Shown piece by piece: positions 1 through 14,690 of a stretch of 64,000 nucleotides of DNA. This stretch comes from the human T2T-CHM13v2.0 reference genome, Homo sapiens. The stretch lies in the NCBI RefSeq assembly GCF_009914755.1, contig NC_060927.1; one strand, 5' to 3'. The notes below the pieces were generated by a model, which saw only the letters and a list, made by a program, of their open reading frames with translations, was not told the DNA's origin and searched no databases. The position numbers and the translations under genes were made by a program. The first letter of the stretch is position 1; each line of letters begins with the position of its first letter.

Positions 1-924
1 TAATTATTAAAATTACTAATGAGATATTTTACTCTCTTTTGAGGTACTATTATCTCATTTTACTTAAGAAGGGATTGAGGCACAGAAAGGTTTAGTGAAA
101 AGTGGTGGCAAGTCAGACACATTCTTTCTGTGGAGCCAGAATCCCAACATTGCCGAGGCATCCTTCCTCTTTACCTGTCCCAAAGTCAGTGTTAAGTGAA
201 AAAGCAGTAGACACAGCCAAAAACTCTTGGTCTTAGAATCACAGGTGTGGCACAGCAGATTGAAAGTATTCAGTATATCTAAAGCATCTTATGATCTTTA
301 AGATGCTAAGTAAAGACAGCGAGAGCCTATTTTCATGATTTTTATTGCATGTAATATTTCAGCTGTACATAGGGGCTCATCCACTGTAGGCTGCAGCATG
401 GGAAGCTGAACACAGTTTGATTCTGTTGCAGAATTTCTCCTGAAGCAGCAACCTTGGGCATTCAGCCAAATCGTAATTTGCTGATATTTTTCATTCTAAA
501 AGATTTACCTCATTGTGTTTTTATTTTGAAATTTAACTATGAAAGCTTTAGGTTTTTTTTCTTATTTAAAAAATAAAATCTGAAAATAAAACAGTAAGGG
601 AATTGATCATTTTCAGAATGTTGCAAGTGGGAAAACATTACTTAATAACCTAATACCTGAAAATCCTGTTGTTAAATAAACATTCTATTCATTGATAATT
701 TGGATTTCCTAAGAGTGGCAGCAGTGGATATACATGATTTCTAAAGTTCTGCTATATCTAAATATACATCATAAGATTAGGTTACAGAATCATTATTTTT
801 TTTTGATGTACACATCTTTGTAGCCTTGTTTTTCAGTCCTGAAACCATTCTTATAAATTTACAAAGCAGTCAACCTCTTTGAGTGTATTTTTGATCATCT
901 GCAGCGTGTAACAGCAAGCACAAC

Positions 925-1150
925 AGCAACTGACATTTGGAGGGTTACTATTTTCCAAGTTCTGTGAGTACAGTTCTACTAAAAATTTACAAGATTTGTG
1001 CTATAATGATCTCATTTTGCAGTCAAGGAAACTAAGACATAGAAAAATTACACATTTACCCAGGTCCTAACAGGCTTTAAATGCCAAGGCTAGGATTCAG
1101 ACAACTTAGTCTGACTCCAGAGCCTGTTTATGTTCTTCATCATTGCTCTG
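925..1150. mobile_element. MIR SINE fragment
   Basis: MIR core-like ctcattttgcagtcaaggaaactaagacatagaa...ctgactccagagcc. Confidence 0.65.
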
Positions 1151-1246
1151 TACTGCAAGTGTCCTCTGGCACCAAATTTTATTTGTTCAGCTTGAGAGAT
1201 AAGTGATCATTAAAAGATTAAAAGATTTCTTTCTCACTTCTTGATT

Positions 1247-1573
1247 CATGATACAGAAATATGATGTGAGCCATGTATGTAATTTTAAATCTCCTGACAG
1301 CCAGACTAAAGGAAAAAAATAAGCAAAGCATATTTTCATACATCTTTACGCCAATACATTCCAAGTATTACCATTTCAACATGTAGTTGTTCATTAATAA
1401 TTATTAAATTAATAGGTAAATAGTAATTATTAAAATTATTAATGAGCTATTTTACTTTCTTTTGCATTAAGTCTTCAAACTTAGGTATATATTTTACACA
1501 TACAGCACATTTCAATTTGCCCTAGCCACATTTCAAGTGCTTAGTAGCCACATGGCTACCATATTATACAGCA
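1247..1573. mobile_element. MER33 hAT-Charlie DNA transposon
   Basis: gagccatgtatgtaattttaaat...tacagcacatttcaatt...tagccacatttcaagtgcttagtagccacatggctacc matches the MER33/MER3 family. Confidence 0.75.
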
Positions 1574-1748
1574 AAGTTTTGGATGTTGGGTTCTCAACTG
1601 GTACATATCCAAATAGGAGTGGGGCAGAGGGCTGTGTAGTTCAAGAACCACTGCTGTAAGCTTTGGGATTTCAAGTGATACATTTCTAAAATGTTAGAAG
1701 AGTCCAGGTTGCTAAAACCCAATTTTTATATGAGGGAAGTAGTATTAG

Positions 1749-2083
<335 letters not shown>

Positions 2084-3059
2084 TAGTTTTATGTGCATTT
2101 TAAAATACCAGTCTGTTTTCAAGATAATTTGTTGCTACTGGCTAAGATTTCTTAAAGTGGCACACTTTGACAGCATAAACCAATTCAGAGTGATAATATT
2201 AGCTGTGTTATTTTAGTCCACTGTTAATAACTACATAGACAGCTGACTGACTTCAAAGAACCAATAAAACTTGGAGTTCTGACTGAGAGCCAAATAAAAC
2301 TTGGAATGGGCAAAAATTGAGTTTATGTTATCTGCAGACATTGCCCTTCTTGGTGAGATACTGCTGTCTTCTGCTTCAGAGTCCCTTCCTCAGCCACACT
2401 ATTTGGTAGTGACTCCTTATTTAGCCTATATCTTGTAATTTACTGTGGTTACCATTCTTGGGAGGCCATTTTAAGATTTCTTAAAGTGACCCAGAGAAAT
2501 CGTAGCTTGGTATTTACTAAATGTGTTTGTGTATGTTATTTCATAGCTGTATACGCTCACCTGTGTGTACTTTTTAACTGAATTTATTCATCTACCTTGA
2601 AGTAATGTTGTAACTATAAACCTGTGATTTTCTCTACTTTTAAGCTCTTCCTTCTGATAAGCTTATCTATTCATATTGGGTTTAATTATAGCTCAGGGCA
2701 TAACCATGTGTATTATTCATCTGAGTGAGTGAGCTTGTCTGGCAACAAGAGGCTGTTGTTGCCAAAGCTTTATTGTCATCTGGGCTGAATATACTCTGTC
2801 TATGCCTCATTGCCAGCCTCAGGAAAAGGAGGTAATGGGGTGATGGGGGAGGAATGCTGTACTCTAGTCCCTTACACCACTGCTTCTCAATATATTCCAA
2901 CCCTTTGCAATAAGCTAGGATAACTGTGATTTTATTTACTTCATCCTTTTTTAAACAAGAGAAATCAAACACTAGAAATAAAATGTAACTCTCCTTCATT
3001 TCCTATCTCTACATCTGTTTCCTCCCATCTCCCCATTCCACCTCATCCCTTGTTGTTCT

Positions 3060-5720
3060 CATAACCACTATCATGAATTTAGGTTTATCTTTCCAGTTAA
3101 TTTCTTAAAAGACTTTGACATAGATATGTATCCATAAATAATATAAAATATTCATACAGTAGGACCTGTAAATTCATACAGTAGGATCTTTTTTTTATTT
3201 ATACAGTAGGATCACATTGTACATATGCAGCAAGTTGCTTTTCTCACCATATTGGTAGACCTTTGACATAATTTTTCTTAATATAAGAATTTGGTACCTA
3301 TGTAATAACGTATCTAACACATGGTAGGTGAGAAAACCTAGTAATAAAACAGAAAGCACCTGAATCCACTGCACACACTGAGAAGTGAAACATACCCAGA
3401 ACCATTGAAACTCCAGTGTGCTGCTTCTCCAACCTCTGCTCCTACCCAGGAAACCACTCTTCTGAACTTTTTTCTTACTGGTTTTCTTTTCTTACCTCAT
3501 ATTTATGTGTCCCTCAGTAGTATATGTCCCTGTTTGCTTGTTTTTAAGCTTTGTAGAAATAGTATCCTACTGTATAGATTCTTTTTAGTCTTAATTTTTT
3601 ATTAAATGTATTTTTAAGATTCATTCATGTTAATCTGTATATTGTCACTGCTATATAGTATTCCTTTGGGTGGATTTACCCATTTTTCTGTCAGTAGCCA
3701 TTTGTGTTGTTTCCAATTTTGCTATTATAAATAGTGCTTCAATAAACATTATTCTCAATGTCTTCTGGTGATACACACATGTAAAAGTTTCTCTGTAGTG
3801 TATACCTGGGAGTATAGTTGCTATGTTGTAAAATAGGTGTACAGTTGACCCTTGAACAACTCAGGGTTTAGAGGTACCAGCCCCCTGTGCCATCAAAAAT
3901 TCATGTATAATGTTTGACTTTCTCCAAATTTAACTACTAATAATACCCTACTTTTGACAAGAAGCCTTACTCATAACATAAACATTTCAATTAATACATA
4001 TTTTGCATGTTATATGTATATATGCTGTATTCTTACAATAAAGTAAGCTAGAAAAAAGAAAATATTAAGAAAGTCATAAGGAAGAGAAAATGCATTTACA
4101 GTATTGTACCGTGTTTATTGTTACCCTGAGTTTACATCATCTGTTTACAAGGTGAAATGGCAGCTAACCACAACTACAGACCTCAATCTACAGTGTATAT
4201 CAAGTAATTCAACTTTTTCTTGTAATGGCATGACTTTTCTCTGCTTCTTGGGACTACTTCCAGAATCACTAGTGGCCCTTCGTATGGATCCCATGGTGTT
4301 ATTTAAGGTTTACGGTATTGCACAAACACAATGAAAAATATGCGAGAACTGAGAGAGAGCACTTTTTATGGCAATACGCAATTTGCTGGAGAGATGAACT
4401 GCTCATGCAGAGATGATTTTTGTCACGTGGCATTTTAGGCATTTTAAGCAGCTATTGGCAATAGCTGAGTTCATTGCAATAGCAACAGGAGGTGGCTACA
4501 AAATTATTACAGTAGTACAGTATGTATTATAGTTACTTTTATGCAGTTATGATTTAATACTCTATGTTTGTGTTTGCTTACATTTCTTTTAAAATGCTCA
4601 TGGCATCATGTATGGTTTGTGGGTATAATTTTAACTTTGTAAGAGATCGGTATATATTTTCTGGTAGTAAATAAGAAAAACTAATATCTGTGTATATTTT
4701 GTGCACTCATGACGTTCCTTTTTCTTAATTTTTCAATATTTCTAGGCTAGTGCGTTGTCAGCGAGTTTTTTCAAATTGTCACAAATCTCAAATTTTTCTA
4801 ATGTATTTTCTTGAAATTTAGTTCATCTAAGTTGACCCACGCAATGCAGACCCTGTTGTTCAGGGGTCAACTGTATATTCAACTTAACTAGATGAGCCTA
4901 TATTCTCATCCGAAGGAATTACTCATACTCATCAGCAGTACATAGGAGTTCTAGTTTTTCCACATCCTCATCAACATGTGGTTTTGTCAGGCATTGATTT
5001 TTGCATTTGCATTTTGTAAAATAATATTACTGAATTTTGATTTTCAGTTTCATTTCCCCGATTTTGATGATATTGAGCATTTTTCATATGATTATTGGCC
5101 ATTTATGTTTCCCTTTTTTTGGAAATGTCTATGTCTTTTTTAATAGAGTCTTTTTTTAGTTGATTCTTAGGAACTTGTGTATTCTCAACACTAGTATTTG
5201 GTCACTTTTATATGATCCAAATATCTTTTCTGTTTGCAGCTTGCCTTGTCACTCTCTTCAGTCAAACTCTAATATTTTGACTTTTGCATTTAAATATTTA
5301 ATCCATCTGCAACAGCATTTGTTTATTTACTGAGGGTAAAAATCCAGTTTCTCTGTTTTTCAAATATAAAAACTTTTCCTAGTCCCATCAGTTGACATAA
5401 ATCAGGTTTTCATATATGTGTGGAAAAGTTTGAGGAATTTCTTTGAGCTTCCGAAAAAATTTTAAAATCAACTTGTCGAGTTTTGGTTTTAAAAAGCAGT
5501 TGGACTTTTTAATTGGAATTATGATGAATCAATTTGGAGAAACTGACATTTGATATCAGGTCTCCCTACCCATAAACTTGGTATCTCCCTCCATTTATTT
5601 AACTCTTATGAGTACTTTTCAATAAGTTTTATATAATTTTCTCCATAAAGATCTTACACATCTTTTATGACTTTATTCATAGCTTCCCTACAAGACCTAT
5701 TGCAACTCATTTAAAAATAC
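3060..5720 (-). mobile_element. Ancient L1M fragments, split by the Tigger element
   Basis: Degenerate antisense L1 motifs (ttccaattttgctattataaatagtgc, tatacctgggagtatagttgct, tattgagcatttttcatatg, aatttggagaaactgacat). Boundaries approximate. Confidence 0.6.
3842..4873. mobile_element. Tigger2-family (Tigger2b-like) non-autonomous TcMar transposon, 1032 bp, both termini present
   Basis: Terminal inverted repeats cagttgacccttgaacaac (from 3842) and gttgttcaggggtcaactg (to 4873), flanked by TA at 3840-3841 and 4874-4875. Confidence 0.9.
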
Positions 5721-5729
5721 ATTTTCTAG

Positions 5730-5808
5730 GGGCCAGGTGTGGTCCAGTGATGCATGCCTGTAAACCCAGCTACTTGAGAGGCTGAGACCCAAGAATGGCT
5801 TGAGCCCA
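5730..5808 (+). mobile_element. Alu monomer fragment
   Basis: ggccaggtgtgg...gcctgtaaacccagctacttgagaggctgag...cttgagccca, ending abruptly. Confidence 0.75.
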
Positions 5809-6636
5809 TTCTTAGGATTAGCTAAATCCTAATCTCATTTTGCCCTTCTTTTCACCTGAGAGAACTAATACAATTCACTCGACTCATGTGGGCCATATTG
5901 TTTTCAGCAAAATTCTCTGAAACTCAGAGACATGTGTACTGCTAGTAGCCATGTGGCTTCTTCACTTGCTTTGTTATTAATTCATCATCATCCAACATAC
6001 TGACTTAAGAGGCACTAAGGACAAGGTACAACCTGTTCCTCAAGCACCTTCTAGGGAGGGTAGAAAGAAGCATTAGTTGCAAAACACAGTTATAAAACAA
6101 AATGATACATCTTATCCTCTACAGACCTCATTGGTCATGATGTATGGGTCAGGAAGTCCTTTGGGTGGGGAGAAAGAAAGGAAGATTCAGATGGGATATG
6201 ATATTTGAGCAGAGACTTTGGATGATGAACATTGAACCTCCTTTGTGTTCTCAGTTGTTAGCAAAGGGATCAGACTAGTCATTCCCCAGAGGTCCTTCTA
6301 ACTTTGAAATTTTGTCTCTGACATCACAAATAATTTCATGCTTTCATTAAACATTTGTGTTTCTACCTCTGGCCTGTAGTCCTTGGACTCTTGTTCCATA
6401 GGCGTAGGGTTGTGAATGGCAAAAGAGGATCTTGGTGTTCTTTTATGAAGTGATACCAACATATTTCACTTCTAGGATAATGACAATATTGGCAATATGA
6501 ATCTTAACATGAGAGTTAACTGATTAACTTTTTGTGTTTTTATGGAATTGCTCAATTGGTTATCATAAATAGATTTTGTTAAATTCCAGCCTTTATGTAA
6601 TTTCTAAGCACATTTCATTTGTATGTCTTATTTCAG

Positions 6637-6769
6637 TGCTGGACCCAAAGGAGACAACATTTATGAATGGAGGTCAACTATATTGGGACCCCCAGGATCT
6701 GTCTATGAAGGAGGGGTGTTCTTTCTTGACATTACCTTTTCACCAGACTATCCGTTTAAACCCCCTAAG
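6637..6769 (+). CDS. UBE2E2: UBE2E2 internal coding exon (133 nt), N-terminal part of the UBC core: (S)[44 protein letters not shown]
   Basis: Acceptor tatttcAG at 6635-6636 and donor AAG|GTcagt at 6770. The translation is typical UBE2E core. ITFSPDYPF is the UBE2E2 variant as I recall it (UBE2E1 ITFTPEYPF, UBE2E3 ITFSSDYPF). It ends in phase 0 and joins in frame to 39582. Confidence 0.96.
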
Positions 6770-9700
6770 GTCAGTATGAAGTTTTCATTGATTTTTAGCA
6801 ATATGGATTATATTTCTAGATACATATACTTATTCTTAAATATGCATTCTAGGGATGCATGTCTATTCTGTTGTCACAGACAGCTTCCCAGGATTGATAG
6901 TGTATAAAATGAAACAATGTAAAAAATTGTAGGTTATTCCTCCACCCCAGCTTTTTACTGATTTCATTGTTTTTTTTCTCCTCCTTTTTCTCCTCATTAT
7001 CTCCTTTCTTTGTTATATGTTTTAATGTAACATTAAAACACCATGTTTTATGGGTGAAAATGGGGGCATAAGGTTGGGCCAGGGTGAGTACCAGAGCCCA
7101 GAAAATCAGACGTAGCCTGGAGCCAGAGCCCAAGCAAGCTAAGCGCAAGAATCAGGCTAAAGGCAGAGGAAGCCTTGCCTAGGCAAGGTTTATAGCACCA
7201 GCTATGGAGGTTTGAGTTTTGGTGCCTCTAGAGTTCAGCTGCTCACATGTAGCACACATGGACTAGTATGGAAAGTATGACCCACAGAGACTTAAAAGTT
7301 GTGTTAAAAAATTTCGTAAAGTATTTATAATAGTTCATTAATGAAACTAATCAATGAAAAGTCATGTATGTTCATGTCTGATGTGGAAGAGTGCAGTGAA
7401 ATCAGAACATGAAAGAATCCTCACTTATTTAAGCCAAGGTTATATACTTTAGAAAGTCTTCACATTCTTTTCTACTGCCTATAAGTCGGATATTTGACTG
7501 TTTTAAATATTGTGTCGTCTCCATTAGCATTTGTTCTCCACTATAGCAAAGGAAATGACCCTGAGGACACTATGTTTTGACTACCAAGAAAGAATTCTCG
7601 TCTGGCCCTGACTTAACGTCACAATGCACAGGGATAGAAAACTTGTTTGTATTGTGGGTTGGAGTAAACAATATAAAAAAACAAGAATAAGACTAGACGT
7701 TCACCATGACTTTCTATAATTCCCCTCCCTCCTCTTTTTTGCCCCTGCTCTTCCTTTCTTCCTTCCTTTCCATTGATGCTTAGATAGTGTTACCAAAGCA
7801 AAAAGTAGTAGCTATAATTACCCTCAATGAGGAAACCAAGGACAGAGGAACTAAGTAACTTGTCCAGCATTATGCATCAAGCAAATTGTGGTGTAAGGAT
7901 TTGAATCTGGAAAGCCTGGCTCCAAAGCCCATACTTCTTCCTACATTACACAATACATTTTATTCAAGCTGTCAGGGCTGGTGGCACTGGTGACCACCAA
8001 GAGCTTGCATTTGGTAGGTTTTCAATGACAAAGCCATGGTAAATCTAATACTTATCTTCTCCCTTTACTGGATGGGACCCTTATACCTTCCTTTTCTACT
8101 TTAGACCAGCCCTTATGTCACCTGGAGTATCTGTTGTACTATGAGGGATGTAAGGACCTTTCTTTCTCAGCCTCTACAGTAAAGGATGCACAGAGTGAGG
8201 AAGGAGGAGGAAAACTCAGACCAGGCTATTGTGCTGCTTGTAAATCTGATGTGATCTGTTCCTTGAGATTAGTAGTTTCAGAAAATGTGTGGGCTTATCC
8301 TAGTTCTGAATGACAGAAATGTGTAGATTAAACAAAGCTAGAATAAGCTGGGGGGAGAGAGTCAAATCGCATTCTTGACTTTCTCCACTGAGTCGTGCAC
8401 TCCACTGGGCATCAGCTCTGCCAACTCATTTCTTCTCCAGAACACTCCAGTAAGACTAGGATGTTCCCCTGTCACAGAGGAGGAAACATAGATGAGACTT
8501 AGAGAGGTTTTCCAAGAGTGTACAACCAGGAATCTACTGAAGTCTGACTCCAGGGGCCATGTACTTTCCACTGAATTATACACACTTGCCTTGGAGAAGT
8601 TGACTGGTAAAAATAGGGCGTGGGAGGAATGCTTTATCTGTCCTCACATGTTTTAGGGACTATGGTGTGGGTAGGGGTTGGACTTTATCCAGGATGGTTG
8701 GATGGGACAAAAATAGAAGCAGGAGGGTGTCAGTTACCGGGAAGTAGATTTCAGTTTTCTCTGAGGGAAATCTGACCCACAGTGGGACAGTCAACTTGTG
8801 TGTAGCTCTACCTCTGAGACACCACACTTCCCTTTACTAGGAGTGTTCAAGAAAAAACTGAGTTACTACCTGTCAAGAATTTTACCAGAAAAAATGGAAT
8901 CCCTCCACATAATGAATTGGACCAGACAATCTCTAAGGAGAAAAAAAAAAGCAAACTTTGGTACCTATAACCACAATTCAAATGCACATTTGATAGGTAT
9001 CTGTGGAAAGTATTTAAAAGCAAATTATCAACTCCTAATATATCAGTTTTAGAGATCAGATTCTGTAGATAGATGTGTTACTCGAGGGAGAAAAAACTTG
9101 GGGTGTAGTGAAGGCTATTAAGTAAAACAAATACTCTTATTATTAATAGTTTTGATGTAACAACTCCATGCCTTCCTAGTGTCCTGTTACTGTAAATAGT
9201 ACATGTTTCAAGTTGTCTTGGGTTTTTTTTCTCTGCTGCTTGGTATTTTTCTCTCTTTTGCTCTTTTTTTTTTTTCACGTTAGCCATGCATTTTGATTCC
9301 TGCAACATTTCCCAATACTCTGAAGAATGAACCAGGGAAGCAGTGGGTGTCAGGGGGAATTACTTATAAGAGCAGATGCTTATAAATACATCTGATGGGC
9401 TATCTGATGGTTATTTGTGTGGATATACATACCATAAAATTAGTCCGTAGCATGATTGGGTTCATGAGATAATTTTTTCCAAATTATCATAAATAGAACC
9501 TTTTATGAGGACTTCTAAACACTGCAGAGCTCAAATGTAGCTTTTAAAGGTCAGAGGAATGATTCGAGATGCCCCTTCTTGTTGCAGGAACTTTTTCACA
9601 GTAGGGCTTGATCAGGTTGAACACCCTATATTCCACTGCCCAATTTTTTAAAATCAGAGATGAGCTATTCTAGTAATTTCTTCCAGAATTTGCCTAAATT

Positions 9701-10168
9701 CTAATAAGGCGAGCAAAACAATTACTACCTGAGTACATAATGTTAATTAAACTTAGTATTCTAGTTTTAAATAGGTTGAGTATTAGTACTTTTCAAATGC
9801 TATATTTCAGTACAATTTTTAGTACATTGAATTTCTTATATGTTTATGCCTTTTACTTAACCTATAGCACAATTTTACTATTTCAAAGTAGGTAAGGCAT
9901 TTTACATAGTATCTTTTCTTGTATGACATTGTCCATTGCATTTGATGTCAGGTCTTCAGCTGAGTATTTAACCACCAATGATAATATTATTTCTCTGTGA
10001 AAATACCTGTTTAATAGAACTCCACCTAGGAATACTACATTATGGCCAAAAAGAAAAGTGTAATGAACTGCTAGTGTGTGTAAAAGCTTTTTACACCTAT
10101 TTATTTTTCAGTGTAGACATATGTTTTAATGTTTTCATTCAGTATCTTTTTAAGGTAGAAGTTGCTTT

Positions 10169-10517
<349 letters not shown>

Positions 10518-10600
10518 AGAAGTTCCTTTACATTTTGCTGGGGATTAGCTTTTAGATTCATAGATAATTAGTTTTTAAATTTATGGGTAATTACTCCTCA

Positions 10601-10903
10601 GCCAGGTGCAGTTGCTCACACTGGTAATCCCAGCACTTTGGGAGGCTGAGACAGGTGGATCATTTGAGATCAGGAGTTCGAGACCAGCCTGGCAAACATG
10701 GCAAAATCCCATCTCTACTAAAAATACAAAAATTATCTGGGCATGGTGACTCACACTTGTAATTCCAGCTTCTCAGGAGGCTGAGGCATGAGAATTACTT
10801 GAACCCAGGAGACGAGGCTGCAGTGAGCTGAGATTGCACCACTGCACTCCAGCCTGGGGGACGGAGCAAGACTCTGTCTCTAAATGAATAAATAAATAAG
10901 TAA
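10601..10903 (+). mobile_element. AluS
   Basis: Full dimer; TSD aattactcctca at 10589-10600 and 10904-10915. Confidence 0.95.
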
Positions 10904-10999
10904 AATTACTCCTCAAAGTGCTCAAAATCTGTACTTTATTTTAAAAGTTTAATATGTAAGTATTTTAATGTTATTCATTTTGCAGCCTACATATTTGTT

Positions 11000-11765
11000 A
11001 CATAATTAAAAAACAGTTGCAGATAAGCAAAAGGGAAAAAAATTTGCCTGTAATCTCCCCCAAACTGATTATTCATGCCATTTAGGTATATCTGTTTTAA
11101 GACTTTTGTTTCCTTCATTTGTATCATATACATATAAATATGTACACGTACATGCCTGTACATATATATACATAAACACACATACACCTTTTTACAAAAA
11201 TTGGGCCATACTCCCCATGGCTTCATGATTACTTTTTAATCTAATGTTATATTTTCATCCCGTGCCATATATTATATATTTCCAGTAAACATTTAATTGT
11301 GTTACAGTTAGAAAGGGTGCCTAGTATTCCGTTGTATAAATATACCAAAATTTAATCACTTTCATGTGGCTGAACAATTAGGTTCTTCTCATTGCTTCTG
11401 TTATAATCAGTGATGTGATGAACATTCATATAATTACACATTTTTATACTTTTATGATTTTCTCAGGTTAAATTTGTTGCTGTGGAATTTCTGGGTAAAG
11501 AGTTTGCACGTGTTTATAGAGTTTTTGGTAACGATTGACAAATCGTGCTCCAGAAAAATTCTATCAGTTTACATCGTGACCATCAACATGACAGTGTAGA
11601 ACTTCCCTACACTCCCCTCAGCTTTTAGGATTTTAAGTCTTTTTTACTGGCAATAGATGAAAAGTCGTATCTTATGGTTGCATTAATTTACATTTATTTG
11701 ACTACCTGTGAAATGTATGACAGTTTTCATGTATACTGTTGTCCTATCTCATTATTTCTTTTCGT
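11000..11765 (-). mobile_element. Ancient L1M 3' fragment
   Basis: Degenerate L1 motifs (gtgatgaacattcat, ggaatttctgggtaaag, ttgcattaatttacatttatttgactacc). Confidence 0.5.
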
Positions 11766-11935
11766 GAATAATATAAAAAACATTTTATCTTAAAAGTCTT
11801 ACATCAAATAAAATTAACAAGGATGCTTGAAGAATTCAGAAACTAATGGAATATATTATGTTGGGGTTTTTTCCTACCAAAAACACTTTGAAAATATTGT
11901 GACACTCTGTGTCTAATGTTTCTGTTTCAGACATT

Positions 11936-12248
11936 CTTTCTTTTTTTTTTTTTTGAGACAGGGTCTCACTCTGGGGCCCAGGCTGGAGTGCAGTGACGTG
12001 ATCATGGCTTACTGCAACCTCCGCCCAGTCTCAAGCGATCCTTTCACGTCAGCCTCCCAAGAGGCTGGGACTACAGGCACACACCACCACACCTGGCTAA
12101 TTTTTGTTTTTTTTTTTGTTTTTTTTTTTGTAGAGACAGGGTTTTGCCATGTTGCTCAGGCTGGTCTTGAACTCCGGGGCTCAAGCAGTCTGCGCACTTT
12201 GGCCTCCCAAAGTGCTGGAATTACAGGCATGAGCCACCGCCGCCGGCC
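11936..12248 (-). mobile_element. AluJ
   Basis: gagacagggtctcactctg and ggctcaagcagtc are AluJ-type diagnostics. Confidence 0.93.
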
Positions 12249-13289
12249 TGTGTTAGAAATTATAATGACTTACATCCTCACTAAGGACTCATGTTAGGTA
12301 ACAGGTCAGGTGTTTGTCTTTTCAGTAGAAATGCATAGGGGTAACGCATTTTTAATTTAGCTTTTTCTGTCTCCCTGTGAATCTGTACATGACATAAAAA
12401 ATAAGTGTAAATAGATTTGAAATTAGGTAGGTGAGAGAGTCACTCATGTTTGTTTTTTATTTTCAGTATTTCAGGCAACTTATGCACAGGTTAGACATGC
12501 TGTGTCCATGTTCCTGGGAAACACTGTTTTCTCTGGTAATGGCAAGAAGATAGTATCTGCTGGTGATAAAATTTGTGCCTCAGGTGTTTTATAAAACAAG
12601 ACAAAAAATTACACACATCAGTAAAGTGTCTGTAAGTGAAATTAAGAATGATATTCAAAATCTTTTAAAATATAATTTGTTCTTTCACTACAAATTTTAC
12701 CAAGTACATTTTAAAATCCTAGAGATCAATTCAGAGCATATCAGTTTATGGGTTTGTTTGTTGTTATTTTTTATAAAGTCTAACTATGGGTTGCTTACTA
12801 ATGTCAGCTAATGCGGAAGGCCTTCACTGCTTTTGAAAAGTGAAATAGATGGGGTCTTCAGGTTTTCAAAATCTTTATTTTTCTCATTAGATTTTAACCT
12901 TAAATTGACAGGTCATGGCTACTCATAAATAAGGTAGCTAATTAGTTACGATAAGAAACAGTGATATTCAGCATCTGAAAGCCAGAGAGAGATCTGTAAC
13001 TGAAGTTCAACAATGAGTTCCACAACTGCACCCTTACTCTAGATTATTATTATGTACTTGTTTTTATTGTTAATGCTACTACTCAAAGAAGAAAGTTGAA
13101 TGTGTTTCCCAGAATTTTCAGTAAGAGCAGTGATTTATGTGTGTAAACCCAACTACCCATTCATTTACTCCAGCCTTGGTTAGAGAACATGCAGTTGTCA
13201 TGGAATAACATGAATTGGCTTGTTTTTAACCTGAGTTCGTGCATTCATATAAAGCTTGGCCATGGGTCAAGTTCTTTCTTACATTTTGA

Positions 13290-14530
<1,241 letters not shown>

Positions 14531-14549
14531 AATGCATGTAACTGTGCCC

Positions 14550-14690
14550 TAAGCAAAATGTTTATTACCCCCACTTCATGGATCAGAAAACTGAGCTCCA
14601 TGGAGGTTAAGCTGCGCACAGGCCACAAAGGAAGTAGGTAGCAGAACCAGAATCTAAACCCAGTTCTAAACTGAGCCTTTTATCTCCAAT
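14550..14690. mobile_element. MIR
   Basis: ttattacccccacttcatggatcagaaaactgagctcc...gaatctaaacccag. Confidence 0.65.

Noticed and set aside
6623-6907. 94-aa ORF as a stand-alone small E2 gene or processed pseudogene
   Set aside because: E2 similarity is bounded exactly by AG/GT splice sites; the ends are intron read-through and the protein continues at 39582.
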